Source of the DNA: an uncultured delta proteobacterium
GTDB lineage: Bacteria > Desulfobacterota > Desulfomonilia > Desulfomonilales > Desulfomonilaceae
NCBI GenBank assembly: GCA_963789265.1
Contig: CAWBKB010000006.1
Location: 224,001-288,000 of the forward strand
Direction of reading: 5' to 3'
DNA length: 64,000 nucleotides
Below are positions 20,533-30,117 of this stretch, in pieces. The translations under genes and the position numbers were made by a program. Each line of letters starts with the position of its first letter. The first letter of the stretch is position 1. Below the pieces are notes generated by a model. The model was not told the origin of the DNA, did not search any database, and was given only the letters and a program-made list of their open reading frames with translations.

Positions 20533-21498
20533 TCAAAGGGAAGATTGGAGCACCACGTATGAATTGTTGTCCAAGAACAATGACTTTGGCGTTTGATTAT
20601 CTGCTTCTTCGCCCGAGAACAGGACTCTGAGAAATGCCTTTGCCACGCGGGAAGGCCTGCTGTCCTTTTTCATCACCACGTCTATGGGTAGCGTAAGCGG
20701 ACCTTCTCTAAGCGGAATAGCTCGAAGGGAGCCTTTAGCCAGATCCGCGGCCACTCCCATTCGAGGCAGGAACGCGACAGCTCTTGACATTTTCACTAGT
20801 TCTTTCATGAAGTCCACATTGCTTGTTTCAACGAACACCGAAGGTACAATTCCCCGCTCTTTAAGTGCTGCTTCAACAACTCGCCTGACCCCCGATCCCA
20901 CTTCCCGCAATATCAGTTCTTGTCCTTTGAGATCTTCAATGGAAACCGTCGGCTTGCGGCACAACTTGTGCCCAGCCGCGGCCAAAAAGACGAGTTCGTC
21001 TTGAATGAACGGTATTATCTTCAAACTCGGGGTATAATCAACCCTCCCCACGATTGCCAGTTCGTTCAGGTTCTCCAAAACGCCCCGAACCATGTCCGCC
21101 GAGCTGCCTTCGTTCACCTGAATCTGTACCTTGGGAAATGATTCCCGAAATCTCGGGATGTAGCGGGCCAGAAGAAATCGCACCAGCGGCTTAGTACTGC
21201 CTATTCTCAGAATTGCCGGTAAAGCCGACTCAGGATGACTGAGAAGTTCGTCGGCTTCTTCCACCAGCCCGAATAGTCTCTTGGTGATCGTATGCAGCCT
21301 TTTGCCGCATTCAGTCAATTCAAGCTTTTTCTTCCCCCTTACAAACAGTAGTGTATCGTATCTCATTTCCAGTGCCTTGATTTGAGCACTTACGCCGGGC
21401 TGGGTGATGAACAATTGCTCGGCGGCACGGGAAACACTTCCACAATTGGCTGCGAAGTGGAAGGCTCTGAGCTGGTTCAGACTCAGGTCGATTCCCAT
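20533..21498 (-). CDS. LysR-family transcriptional regulator
   Basis: QLRAF..GSVSRAAEQLFITQPGVSAQIKALE helix-turn-helix; LILREVGSGVR; divergent from the catabolic operon. Confidence 0.93.
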   Translation of the reverse strand: MGIDLSLNQLRAFHFAANCGSVSRAAEQLFITQPGVSAQIKALEMRYDTLLFVRGKKKLELTECGKRLHTITKRLFGLVEEADELLSHPESALPAILRIGSTKPLVRFLLARYIPRFRESFPKVQIQVNEGSSADMVRGVLENLNELAIVGRVDYTPSLKIIPFIQDELVFLAAAGHKLCRKPTVSIEDLKGQELILREVGSGVRRVVEAALKERGIVPSVFVETSNVDFMKELVKMSRAVAFLPRMGVAADLAKGSLRAIPLREGPLTLPIDVVMKKDSRPSRVAKAFLRVLFSGEEADNQTPKSLFLDNNSYVVLQSSL

Positions 21499-21518
21499 GC
21501 CTAACACCTTGGGGGGAG

Positions 21519-21537
21519 ATATAACTTTTTTTTATAT
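21519..21537. promoter_or_regulatory. Candidate LysR recognition site ATATAA-N7-TTATAT (T-N11-A core)
   Basis: Perfect 6-bp inverted arms in the divergent intergenic region next to the lysR start. Confidence 0.6.
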
Positions 21538-21707
21538 ATTCATAAAATTAAGTGATTTGACATGCAAAGCTGAATCCCGTAACCCTGATCTTGAAGTGAA
21601 AATCTCCTCGTCGGAACACTGTTCACCGAATAAACCATTCTACAACAACTGCCTCTTCTCGTCAAAAACGCATTTGGCCTTCGGCCGAAAACAAGGAGGA
21701 TACATAG

Positions 21708-23333
21708 ATGGCTGAAGAATACGATGGCATAATCATCGGCGCCGGACCGAACGGATTAACTGTAGCCGCGTATCTGGCCAAAGCCGGTTTGAAGATTCTC
21801 GTACTGGAAAGGAGATTTGAAGCAGGAGGTGGGCTGGCCACCGAGCAAGTCACTTTGCCGGGCTTTCTCCACAATACCCACGCCGTCTATATGCCCATGG
21901 TCGATTATGCCCCGCCTCTAACAGATTTCAGCGAATACTTGACTCAAGACTACGACCTGAAATTCGTATTTCCGCCGCTGGTCATGGCCATGCCGTTTGC
22001 AGACGGTTCTTCCCTTTGTCTCTATCAGGATATTGAAAAGACCTGTAAATCAATTGCCCAGTTCTCCAGCAAGGATGCTGAAACCTACAGGAAGATTGCC
22101 GACCGCTACAGAGTCCTGACGGAAGATTTCCTCGGGCCTGCCACGTACGAAGAGGCCAAACCGGCCTTCGAGCAGATGGTTACCCTCCAACAAACCGATG
22201 TGGGGCGGGAGATCACCGAAATGACGGAAAAGACTCCACGGGAAATCATCGACACTCTGTTCGAGAACGACAGGGTAAGATGTCTCTTTCTATACCTCTC
22301 TTGCATGTGGGGCCTGAACTACGATCTGGAGGGAGTGAGCTATCTTGTTCCGCTGCTCATCAACCGTGCGATAAACTATCGTTTGGTTGTCGGCGGCTCT
22401 CACCATCTTGCCCATCTCTTCACGAAGGTGCTCTATCGGAATCGCGGCATGATCATCTCACCGGTAACTTTGAAGAGAGTTATCGTGAAGGACGGAACTG
22501 CGGTCGGCGTCGAGTTGGAGGATGGAACTGTTTACAGGGCAGGTAAATTCGTGGCCAGCAGTCTCGACCCTTATCAGACATTTCTAAAGTATGTCGGCCC
22601 GGAAAACCTGGAGGACCGATTCGTTACTCGGATCAACGACTGGAGATGGGAATCTTCCAGTTTCTTTCACGTCCATCTTGCTCTGAACGGTCGCCCGAGA
22701 TTCAAAGCGGCATCGGCCAATCCCGATTTGGACAACGCCTTGATTACCGTGGTCGGATACGAGACCGAGGAAAACCTCATCCGGCACTATGATGCAATCC
22801 ACAAGGGCGAGCTTTCCCCGGCTGGCTTCAACTGCTGCTTTCCTTCAATTCACGATCCTAAACAGGCTCCCGCGGGTAAGAATACGGCACTGATCTCGCT
22901 GCACGCCCCGCATGACCTCAAAGAGGGCGGTGCCGAGCGCTGGTATCGAATCAGGCAACAGGAAGCGACCCGATGCATCGATCTCCTGCGGGAGTACGCG
23001 GACGGTCTTGGGCCGGAAAATATACTCTGGCGCTATATAACAACACCTCTGGACATCGGAAACAAGTTCGCGGACATGGTCAAGGGATCGTACAAACAAG
23101 GAGCCTACTTGCCACTACAGATGGGATACCTCCGTCCCAACGAAGACTGCTCCCAACACGCCACCCCGATTAAGAATCTTTACGTTTGCGGAGCCAGTAC
23201 CTTCCCGGGTGGGCTCATCACCTTCGGTCCCGGATACAACGCCGCCAACAAAATTGCAGCGGATTTGGGTCTGAATCGGTGGTGGAGTGAAGCGGAGTGC
23301 GTTCTCAAGGCCAAGGCCAGAGGAACGTTATAG
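21708..23333 (+). CDS. Phytoene-dehydrogenase-like (COG1233) FAD-dependent oxidoreductase, paralogue 1
   Basis: [51 protein letters not shown]. Confidence 0.88.
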   Translation: MAEEYDGIIIGAGPNGLTVAAYLAKAGLKILVLERRFEAGGGLATEQVTLPGFLHNTHAVYMPMVDYAPPLTDFSEYLTQDYDLKFVFPPLVMAMPFADGSSLCLYQDIEKTCKSIAQFSSKDAETYRKIADRYRVLTEDFLGPATYEEAKPAFEQMVTLQQTDVGREITEMTEKTPREIIDTLFENDRVRCLFLYLSCMWGLNYDLEGVSYLVPLLINRAINYRLVVGGSHHLAHLFTKVLYRNRGMIISPVTLKRVIVKDGTAVGVELEDGTVYRAGKFVASSLDPYQTFLKYVGPENLEDRFVTRINDWRWESSSFFHVHLALNGRPRFKAASANPDLDNALITVVGYETEENLIRHYDAIHKGELSPAGFNCCFPSIHDPKQAPAGKNTALISLHAPHDLKEGGAERWYRIRQQEATRCIDLLREYADGLGPENILWRYITTPLDIGNKFADMVKGSYKQGAYLPLQMGYLRPNEDCSQHATPIKNLYVCGASTFPGGLITFGPGYNAANKIAADLGLNRWWSEAECVLKAKARGTL

Positions 23334-23343
23334 GAGACGAATC

Positions 23344-23604
23344 ATGAAGGTCAATTCGACGGGTTTGGGTAAAACGACGATGGTGGCCAGCTTCGCCCAC
23401 CTCGAGAAAGTGAACGGCGAGCCGGGCGGAGCCATGAGACTGAACATAGAGGCTACGGAGCCCGTTCACTGGTCCATCAAGGCCACGGTCGGAGGTGACG
23501 ATCTGAGGAGGTTCGCACGTCTCATGTTGAAGCCTTCAATTCTTTTCCATGTCCTGTGGCTGCTGTGCTTCGGGAAAAAGCTGACTCCGCCGGAGCCCCA
23601 TTAA
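23344..23604 (+). CDS. Small hypothetical protein (86 aa) with a hydrophobic C-terminus
   Basis: SD AGGAG; tightly packed between the two flavoproteins; MKVNSTGLGKT...TEPVHW...ILFHVLWLLCF. Confidence 0.7.
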   Translation: MKVNSTGLGKTTMVASFAHLEKVNGEPGGAMRLNIEATEPVHWSIKATVGGDDLRRFARLMLKPSILFHVLWLLCFGKKLTPPEPH

Positions 23605-23640
23605 CAGGCCCCGCTTTCGACGAGAATAGGAGGTTTCTCC

Positions 23641-25307
23641 ATGGCTGAAAAAGCGTATGACGCAATCGTGGTCGGTGGTGGCCATCATGGAACGATCATA
23701 GCCTGCTATCTCCAACATGCAGGCATGCAAACCGTTATTTTTGAGAGACAGCACGAATTGGGCGGAGGAGCCTGCGGTGAAGCTCTGCCTTTGCCCGGTT
23801 TTTTCTGCAGAATCCCTGTGCACATTTTACCAGATTCTACGGACACCCTTCGTATGAAGATTTCAGACTGAAGGAAAAGGGCCTCGTTTACATTTATCCC
23901 GACCAGGGTGAAGGGATGATATACGACGACGGCGTGAGCTTCCTGGGTTACAACGCTTGGAGGGTTGTCGATGCGGACACAGGGAGGGCAGAGTTCGACG
24001 AAAAGAGCGCACAGAAAACAATCGACCAGATCGCCCGCTTCTCCCAGAGAGACGCGGACACTGCCTACGAACTCCTGAATACCTACCGCAATAAGTGGCG
24101 GGACAGCTTCAATGAGTGGAAATTCAATCCTCCAACTCCTTGGGGTGTTCCTGATGCGTTTGAGCGGCTCATCAACGATCCTGATGTTCCGATACCTCCG
24201 GAGTACCAGTTCTACACCTCCCAACAAGTTGCGTACGATCTCTTTGAAAGCGATTACTTGCGGACGCTCTTCATGAGGTCCTGCATGACCTCAAGCGGCA
24301 TTTTCCCCAACGATTGCATCGGAATCTATTGGACTCTGCACACGCTGGGTTTAATCCTCTCCTGGGAGCCCGCGGCCATAGCAATAGGAGGCACACACGC
24401 CATAACCCACGCGCTTCAACGAGCCTTCAGCTCGATGGGCGGGGAGTTCGTAGTTGAAACCCCGGTGGAAAGGGCAATCATCGAAAATGGAAAAGCGGTG
24501 GGGGTCAAGCTGGCCGACGGCCGCGAAATCGCCGCAAGAAAAGTCGTGGTAAGCGATCTCAACACTCCTCAGACATTGCTTCAGCTCATTGGTGAGGAGC
24601 ATCTGTCATGGAAGATCGCCAACAGGGCCAGGAATGTCCTCTTCAACAGGGCCCAGCTCTTCTGGGGAAATTTTGCGCTCCACGAGCTTCCCGCGTACAC
24701 GGCCGCCAAAGACAATCCTGAGATCGGCCTGCCCCCCAGGCTGAACTGGGGACCCAAAGACGCGGATTATTTTGCTACTCGCCATCAGGCCGAGATTTTC
24801 GTGAAGGGCATCCCCGAAAAGCTCGTCTGCATTGTCGCTCCTGACAGCATTTGGGACAGAACCAGAGCCCCTGAAGGGAAACATACCATACTCATCGAAC
24901 AGTTCACCGCACCCTATCGTTTTTTCAATGACAACGAATGGCTGAAAATGAAGAGGGACATTGTCAAGATTATGCTTGAGCAGTGGTCCTGGTACGCTCC
25001 CAACATGACCGAGGACAACCTCATTGAAGCGCACATTACCACCCCTATGGACGTGCAGATGCGCAACATCAACATGCCGCAGGGTGGTTGGAGCATGGAG
25101 GATACGATCGGCTCGCAGTTCGGGCGCATGAGGCCGTTTCCCGAGATAGCCAATTACCGCCTGCCTGTGCAGAATCTCTACATCGCCTCTGCCGCCACTC
25201 ATTCCGGTCCGGGGATAGGAAAGGGCAGTAGCTACAATTGCTTTAAGGTCATAGCGGAAGATTTCGGTCTACCCAAGATCTGGGAACAAAAGGGAAGGCC
25301 CTACTGA
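23641..25307 (+). pseudogene. Phytoene-dehydrogenase-like FAD oxidoreductase, paralogue 2; frameshift in a T-run at about 23799-23804, probably an assembly error
   Basis: VVGGGHHG..FERQHELGGG N-terminus; correcting the run gives LPGFLQNPCAHF and joins ORF 23916-25307 (PVQNLYIASAATHSGPG). Confidence 0.82.
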
Positions 25308-25320
25308 TCGGGAGGAAACT

Positions 25321-26077
25321 ATGGGGCGGCTTGACGGTCGTGTGGCCATTGTCACCGGTGCCGGCAAAGGATTGGGCAAGGCCTTTTGCGTAAGACTCGC
25401 TCAGGAGGGCGCAGACATAGTCGCTGTGACGCGAGCGGATGCCGACGGCCTGGAAAATACCGGAAAGGAGGTGAGAGCTCTCGGCAGAGAAGTGTTGCTT
25501 AGCATGGTGGACGTCTCCAGCGAAGAAGACACTCTTAGAATGGCGCGGGAGGTGTCCAACCGGTTCGGGCGAATAGATATCCTGGTGAACAATGCCGCGT
25601 GTTACTGACGGGGTCACCAGAAAGCCTTTCACCGAAATATCCGTCGCAGATTGGGATAAGATGATGGCTGTGAACGTACGAGGCCCTTGGCTTTGTGCTC
25701 GAGCTGTGTTTCCTGCCATGAAACAATCCGGAAAAGGGAAGATCATAAACCTTGCATCTGAAGTCTTCTTCACCGGTTCACACGGATTCGCTCATTACGT
25801 GTCGTCAAAGGGCGGTGTCGTCGGCTTGACCCGGGCCTTGGCCGTAGAGTTGGGACCTCACGGAATATGTGTGAATGCAGTGGCTCCGGGGTATACCGAT
25901 ACAGAGGCGAGTCGGACAATTGCCGAAGTAAACAAGTATGACACGAGCAAAACCCCACTCAAAAGACTGGAGAAACCGGAAGACGTGGTGGGGATCGTAG
26001 CCTTTCTGGCTTCTGACGAAAGTGACTTCATAACGGGCCAAACTATGCTGGTGGATGGAGGGAGAGCCATGCACTGA
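25321..26077 (+). pseudogene. Short-chain dehydrogenase/reductase; +1 frameshift at about 25606, probably an assembly error
   Basis: TGAGKGLG, DILVNNAA, then YVSSK catalytic motif, VNAVAPG and FITGQTMLVDGG in the next frame. Confidence 0.85.
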
Positions 26078-26300
26078 CAAGGACAAGCACGTCCCCGCGC
26101 AGAGGGTCGCTTACTCCTCTTCCGCTTTTTCACGAAGCTGTCTCGAAAAGCGGGCTTTCCTCTTGCGGCTCTCCCTACCTCGAACTCTTTGACAGGCCCT
26201 CCTCCGCGCGAGGCTGCCCATATAGTCAGATGGTTTCGGAAACCTCAGGTTAATCAGTTACACCCATTTCCCATACGTCCGCACAGAGGAGGAGCTAATC

Positions 26301-27983
26301 ATGAAGGTTTACGATGTGGTGCCCGGCTTGGAATTCGACCCTGAACACGATTTGGCCCAGTCTCCCGCGTGGTTCCTGGACGGAACCCATTCCGTTCCCC
26401 CCTGGACCCCCATGTTTGGGTGGTTCTGGATCAATTTCTGCAGACACGGCATGCAGTACGGCGCCCAAGAGTTGTCTCTGCCCACGGTCAAGGGCTGGGA
26501 CTGGCGCTTTATGAACGGTGGCGGCTATCTCACGCTTCTTCTGGTAAAGAGCGAGGAGGAGAAACAGAGGAGAGAAGCTCAATTCAAGAAGGCCATATTA
26601 CCATTCATCCAGGATTATGACGGGATGTGGAACGGCTTTGTCAAGGAAATCCTCGGGCGGTACGAGTCGCTAAAGTCACTGGACTTGGACAAAGCCACCA
26701 GTACCGAGCTTCTGGACAATTTCGAACAGACCATCAACACCTGCCGGCGCATGTGGGAAATCCACATGTACATGATGTACGGCACTTATACCGCTTACAT
26801 TCTCTTTGAAAACATGTGCCGTGAACTCGCCGGAATCGACGACACATCGCCTGTCTTCCACAGCGTTGTTTCAGGATTCGATAACAAAGTTTTCCAGGTT
26901 GATCGCCGACTCTGGGAATTTTCCAGACGAGCGGACGCTGACGGACTGTCTAATGTGTTCACGAAGAACGAAGCTCCGGAAATCAGGGGAAAACTGGAAG
27001 AGTCTGAAAAAGGAAAAGCATTCCTAAACGATTTTATGGCGTTCATGAACGAGGACGGCTGGCGTATGCAGCGCATGTCCGAGATCAACCTGCCGACCTG
27101 GGTGGAAGATCCCACACCTGCGCTGGGAATGGTAAAGCAGTTCATCCTCAAGGGAGGTTCGTTCAATCTCGATCAAGAACGCCAAAAGTTAAGCATCAGT
27201 CGCGAGGCGGCAGAAAAGGAGGTGTTGACCAAAGTCCCTCTCCAGCAGCGAGGATGGTTTGAGCAGTTAATGCGTCTTGCTCAAAAGAGCGGCATTTTCA
27301 GCGAGGAGCACGATCACTACCTGGATCTCTACACGCACGCCATGATCCGGCGCAGCGCTTTGGGGCTCGGGCGGCGGTTCGTTCAGGTCGGAGCCCTGGA
27401 CGATCCCGAAGACGTATTCTTCTTGATACCGGATGAGATTCGTCGTGCAGGTATAGCACCGGACCAATTCGACCTTCGATATATTGTGGAACGCAGGAAG
27501 GCGGACTGGGAGGAGTGGCAAAAGAAACCGAATCCTCCGGCGATTCTCAGGGAGGGATTCGACCTGGATCAAGCTATGGCGGTTCTCGTCAAATCCAACG
27601 ATCCCATTGCTCTGAAGGTGGTCGTAGGTGCCATGCCGCAGGTGCGTCCTGAATTGAAGGCCGACCTGTACGGAACCTGCGGCTCACCGGGAGTGGCCGA
27701 AGGTACGGCCCGGGTGATCCTGAGCGAGGACGAGCTTTACCTGGTGCAGGAAAACGACATTTTGGTCGCGGCGAGCACTTCTCCGAGCTGGACACCGGTC
27801 TTCTCCATGATCAAGGGCGTGGTGGTGGATCGCGGGGCAAGCTTGTCCCACGCTGCCATCGTGGGAAGAGAATACGGGATACCCGTTGTCATGAATGTCT
27901 TCGAAGGGACCGCCAAGATAAAGTCCGGCCAAAGGATCAAGGTGGATGCCAACATGGGCGCCGTATATGTTCTGGACAAGTGA
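26301..27983 (+). CDS. PEP-synthase-like kinase, substrate-binding plus phospho-His swivel subunit (PpsA/CreI-like architecture)
   Basis: C-terminal GSPGVAEG..TSPSWTPVF..DRGASLSHAAIVGREYGIP mobile domain; long helical N-terminal region; no ATP-grasp domain. Confidence 0.85.
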   Translation: MKVYDVVPGLEFDPEHDLAQSPAWFLDGTHSVPPWTPMFGWFWINFCRHGMQYGAQELSLPTVKGWDWRFMNGGGYLTLLLVKSEEEKQRREAQFKKAILPFIQDYDGMWNGFVKEILGRYESLKSLDLDKATSTELLDNFEQTINTCRRMWEIHMYMMYGTYTAYILFENMCRELAGIDDTSPVFHSVVSGFDNKVFQVDRRLWEFSRRADADGLSNVFTKNEAPEIRGKLEESEKGKAFLNDFMAFMNEDGWRMQRMSEINLPTWVEDPTPALGMVKQFILKGGSFNLDQERQKLSISREAAEKEVLTKVPLQQRGWFEQLMRLAQKSGIFSEEHDHYLDLYTHAMIRRSALGLGRRFVQVGALDDPEDVFFLIPDEIRRAGIAPDQFDLRYIVERRKADWEEWQKKPNPPAILREGFDLDQAMAVLVKSNDPIALKVVVGAMPQVRPELKADLYGTCGSPGVAEGTARVILSEDELYLVQENDILVAASTSPSWTPVFSMIKGVVVDRGASLSHAAIVGREYGIPVVMNVFEGTAKIKSGQRIKVDANMGAVYVLDK

Positions 27984-28061
27984 GCAACCTTTAGCATAAG
28001 CGGGCACCGGGTTTTGGGCGTTTCCCGGTGCCCTGCCGCCACAGAAGGAGAGGGGACTCCG

Positions 28062-29084
28062 ATGCCGGAACAATGGATTTACTGGTTCGAAGAGTTGGGA
28101 AGCGAACATAATAATCTGGTGGGGAAAAAATGTGCCAATCTTGGGGAACTCACCAAGCTTGGATTACGGGTTCCGCCGGGTTTTGCCATATCGGTGGACG
28201 GGTATGAGAAGTTCATGGCCGAAACCGGAGCCGGTACCGAAATCAGACGTTACGTGCAGAGTAAGCGGGATCTCTTGACACACGTGGACCGACAGGTGGA
28301 GGCAGGTCGTGAAATCAGAGGGATTATCGAATCGAAGAAGATGCCTTCCCAAATGAGGGACGAGATCCATCGTAGATACGAATTTCTCTGCGGACGGGCG
28401 GGGATGCCCGATCTGCCGGTCGCAGTGCGATCCAGCGGTGCGGTGAGCATGCCCGGCCAGATGGAGACCTTTCTGAACGTCAAAGGTAAGGCTGACGTAA
28501 TCGAAAAAGTTATCCGAGTTTGGGGCAGTGCTTTCACCACCCGCGCCATTGCCTTCCGCTTGGAAAAAGGGATGGAAGTGGAAAAGGCCCCGATTGGGGT
28601 CGCGGTGCTCAAAATGGTCAATGCAAAATGTGCCGGAGTGGCGTTGACCGTGTTACCGACCACAGGCGATATGAGCAAAATAATCGTTGAAGGAAATTGG
28701 GGTCTTGGTGAGAGCGTGGTCAGCGGGGAGATGACTCCGGATCAATTTATCGTAGACAAGGCCTGCGGTGAGTTCGAGTGCACCGTGAACACCAAAAAGA
28801 AAATGATCTGCCGACATACGTCGGGTACTCAGGTGGTTCAGGTGCCCAAGGAGAGGCAATGCCGGCCTTGTCTTGAACCCGAGGAACTACAAGAGATAGC
28901 TCGCATTGCAAAACAGGTTGAATCTCACTTCGACCTGCCCCAGGACATGGAATGGGTCATAGACGAAGATCTCGGATTTCCTGAAAGCATTCTATGGGTG
29001 CAGACCCGACCGGCCAAATACTCAATGAAAACTAATGAATCCGAGTACCTGGCAGAACTCATGTCTCGTGTCTTCAAGGTGTGA
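28062..29084 (+). CDS. PEP-synthase-like kinase, ATP-grasp (PPDK_N) subunit (PpsB/CreH-like architecture)
   Basis: VGKKCANLGEL, RVPPGFA, VAVRSSG, SMPGQMETFLNV, WGLGESVVSG, PQDMEW and VQTRP motifs. Confidence 0.9.
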   Translation: MPEQWIYWFEELGSEHNNLVGKKCANLGELTKLGLRVPPGFAISVDGYEKFMAETGAGTEIRRYVQSKRDLLTHVDRQVEAGREIRGIIESKKMPSQMRDEIHRRYEFLCGRAGMPDLPVAVRSSGAVSMPGQMETFLNVKGKADVIEKVIRVWGSAFTTRAIAFRLEKGMEVEKAPIGVAVLKMVNAKCAGVALTVLPTTGDMSKIIVEGNWGLGESVVSGEMTPDQFIVDKACGEFECTVNTKKKMICRHTSGTQVVQVPKERQCRPCLEPEELQEIARIAKQVESHFDLPQDMEWVIDEDLGFPESILWVQTRPAKYSMKTNESEYLAELMSRVFKV

Positions 29085-29109
29085 ACGGTGCCCTTGTGAG
29101 GAGGATCTC

Positions 29110-29769
29110 ATGACCATCCTTTTTACCCAGTCCTGGGACGTGATTCCGGGAAAATTCGATGAATACTCCGAGTTCATGACGAACGAATATAATCCTTCCC
29201 TCGAGAGTCTGGGAATCAATCTGCTGGGGGGGTACTACGTTGCAGTCGGTCAAGGCCCGAGAATCAAAGCGGTTGCTTCTGTAGAGGAACACGATTACCT
29301 GCGAAAGATCTTGGCCACCGATGCGTACTGGATTATATATTCCAAACTCATGAGCTTTGTATCCGAATACTACAGCAAACTGTGGGTATCCACAGGCCGA
29401 CTGCTTGAGGAGCCTTACAGGATTCAAACCAGCGCCTGGAAGTTCAATCAGTACTACAATATAGTTCCAGGAACGGAACAAGAGCATTATCACTTCGTCA
29501 AAGAGGAATGCATTCCGGGGATGAAGGAATTGAAGGTGCCCATAACCGGAACATGGAGGCTGGCAATCGGCAACGGTCCCACAATCTTGGGTGAATGCAG
29601 CGCCCGTAGCATTGTGGAAATTGCCACGGCCATTGACACTTCAGATTTCAGGCGATTGATCCGCAGAATGAAGAAAAATTATGCCACACATTTCAGCAGC
29701 AAAATACTGGCGCCTACCGGAAGAATCGAAATTCCGTTCTTCATGAAAGAGATGATGAAAGGATTTTAA
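29110..29769 (+). CDS. Hypothetical protein, probably a tandem dimeric alpha/beta-barrel (NIPSNAP-like)
   Basis: Two internal repeats (WDVIPGKFDEYSEF..GGYYVAVGQGP and YNIVPGTEQEHYHF..GTWRLAIGNGP). Confidence 0.6.
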   Translation: MTILFTQSWDVIPGKFDEYSEFMTNEYNPSLESLGINLLGGYYVAVGQGPRIKAVASVEEHDYLRKILATDAYWIIYSKLMSFVSEYYSKLWVSTGRLLEEPYRIQTSAWKFNQYYNIVPGTEQEHYHFVKEECIPGMKELKVPITGTWRLAIGNGPTILGECSARSIVEIATAIDTSDFRRLIRRMKKNYATHFSSKILAPTGRIEIPFFMKEMMKGF

Positions 29770-29771
29770 CC

Positions 29772-30092
29772 ATGTATGTGCGTATGACTTTTTTCAAAGT
29801 AAAGGACGGGAAAATGGATGCCCTCCGCGATCTTTATAACAAGGATGTCATCTCGGCCCACAAGAATCACAAAGGTATAAGGTTCGTGCACCTCTTGGAA
29901 TGTCTGGACGACAAAAATGAAGGAATATCCGTCACCGCATGGGATACGAAAGCTGACCTGGATGCATACGAGGCAAGCGGCGATTATGGGAGACTGCGCG
30001 GTCTATTCAACGAAATGTACAGCGCCGAGCCCGGGCTCAAGTCCTATGAGGTCACCGCAAGTTCCGAGCCGATCCTTTTAAGAATGTTCTGA
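29772..30092 (+). CDS. Antibiotic-biosynthesis-monooxygenase (ABM)-like dimeric barrel protein
   Basis: MYVRMTFFKVKDGKMD...ISVTAWDTKADLDAYEASG pattern. Confidence 0.7.
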   Translation: MYVRMTFFKVKDGKMDALRDLYNKDVISAHKNHKGIRFVHLLECLDDKNEGISVTAWDTKADLDAYEASGDYGRLRGLFNEMYSAEPGLKSYEVTASSEPILLRMF

Positions 30093-30117
30093 TCCGGAAT
30101 AAAGACAGGGAACACTT

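Noticed and set aside
21708..25307. Carotenoid biosynthesis (crtI/crtO) assignment
   Set aside because: No crtB, crtE or crtY in the window, and the context is catabolic.
25600..25612. TGA after NNAACY in the SDR as a possible selenocysteine codon
   Set aside because: The homologous continuation is in a different frame, so an indel explains it and read-through does not.
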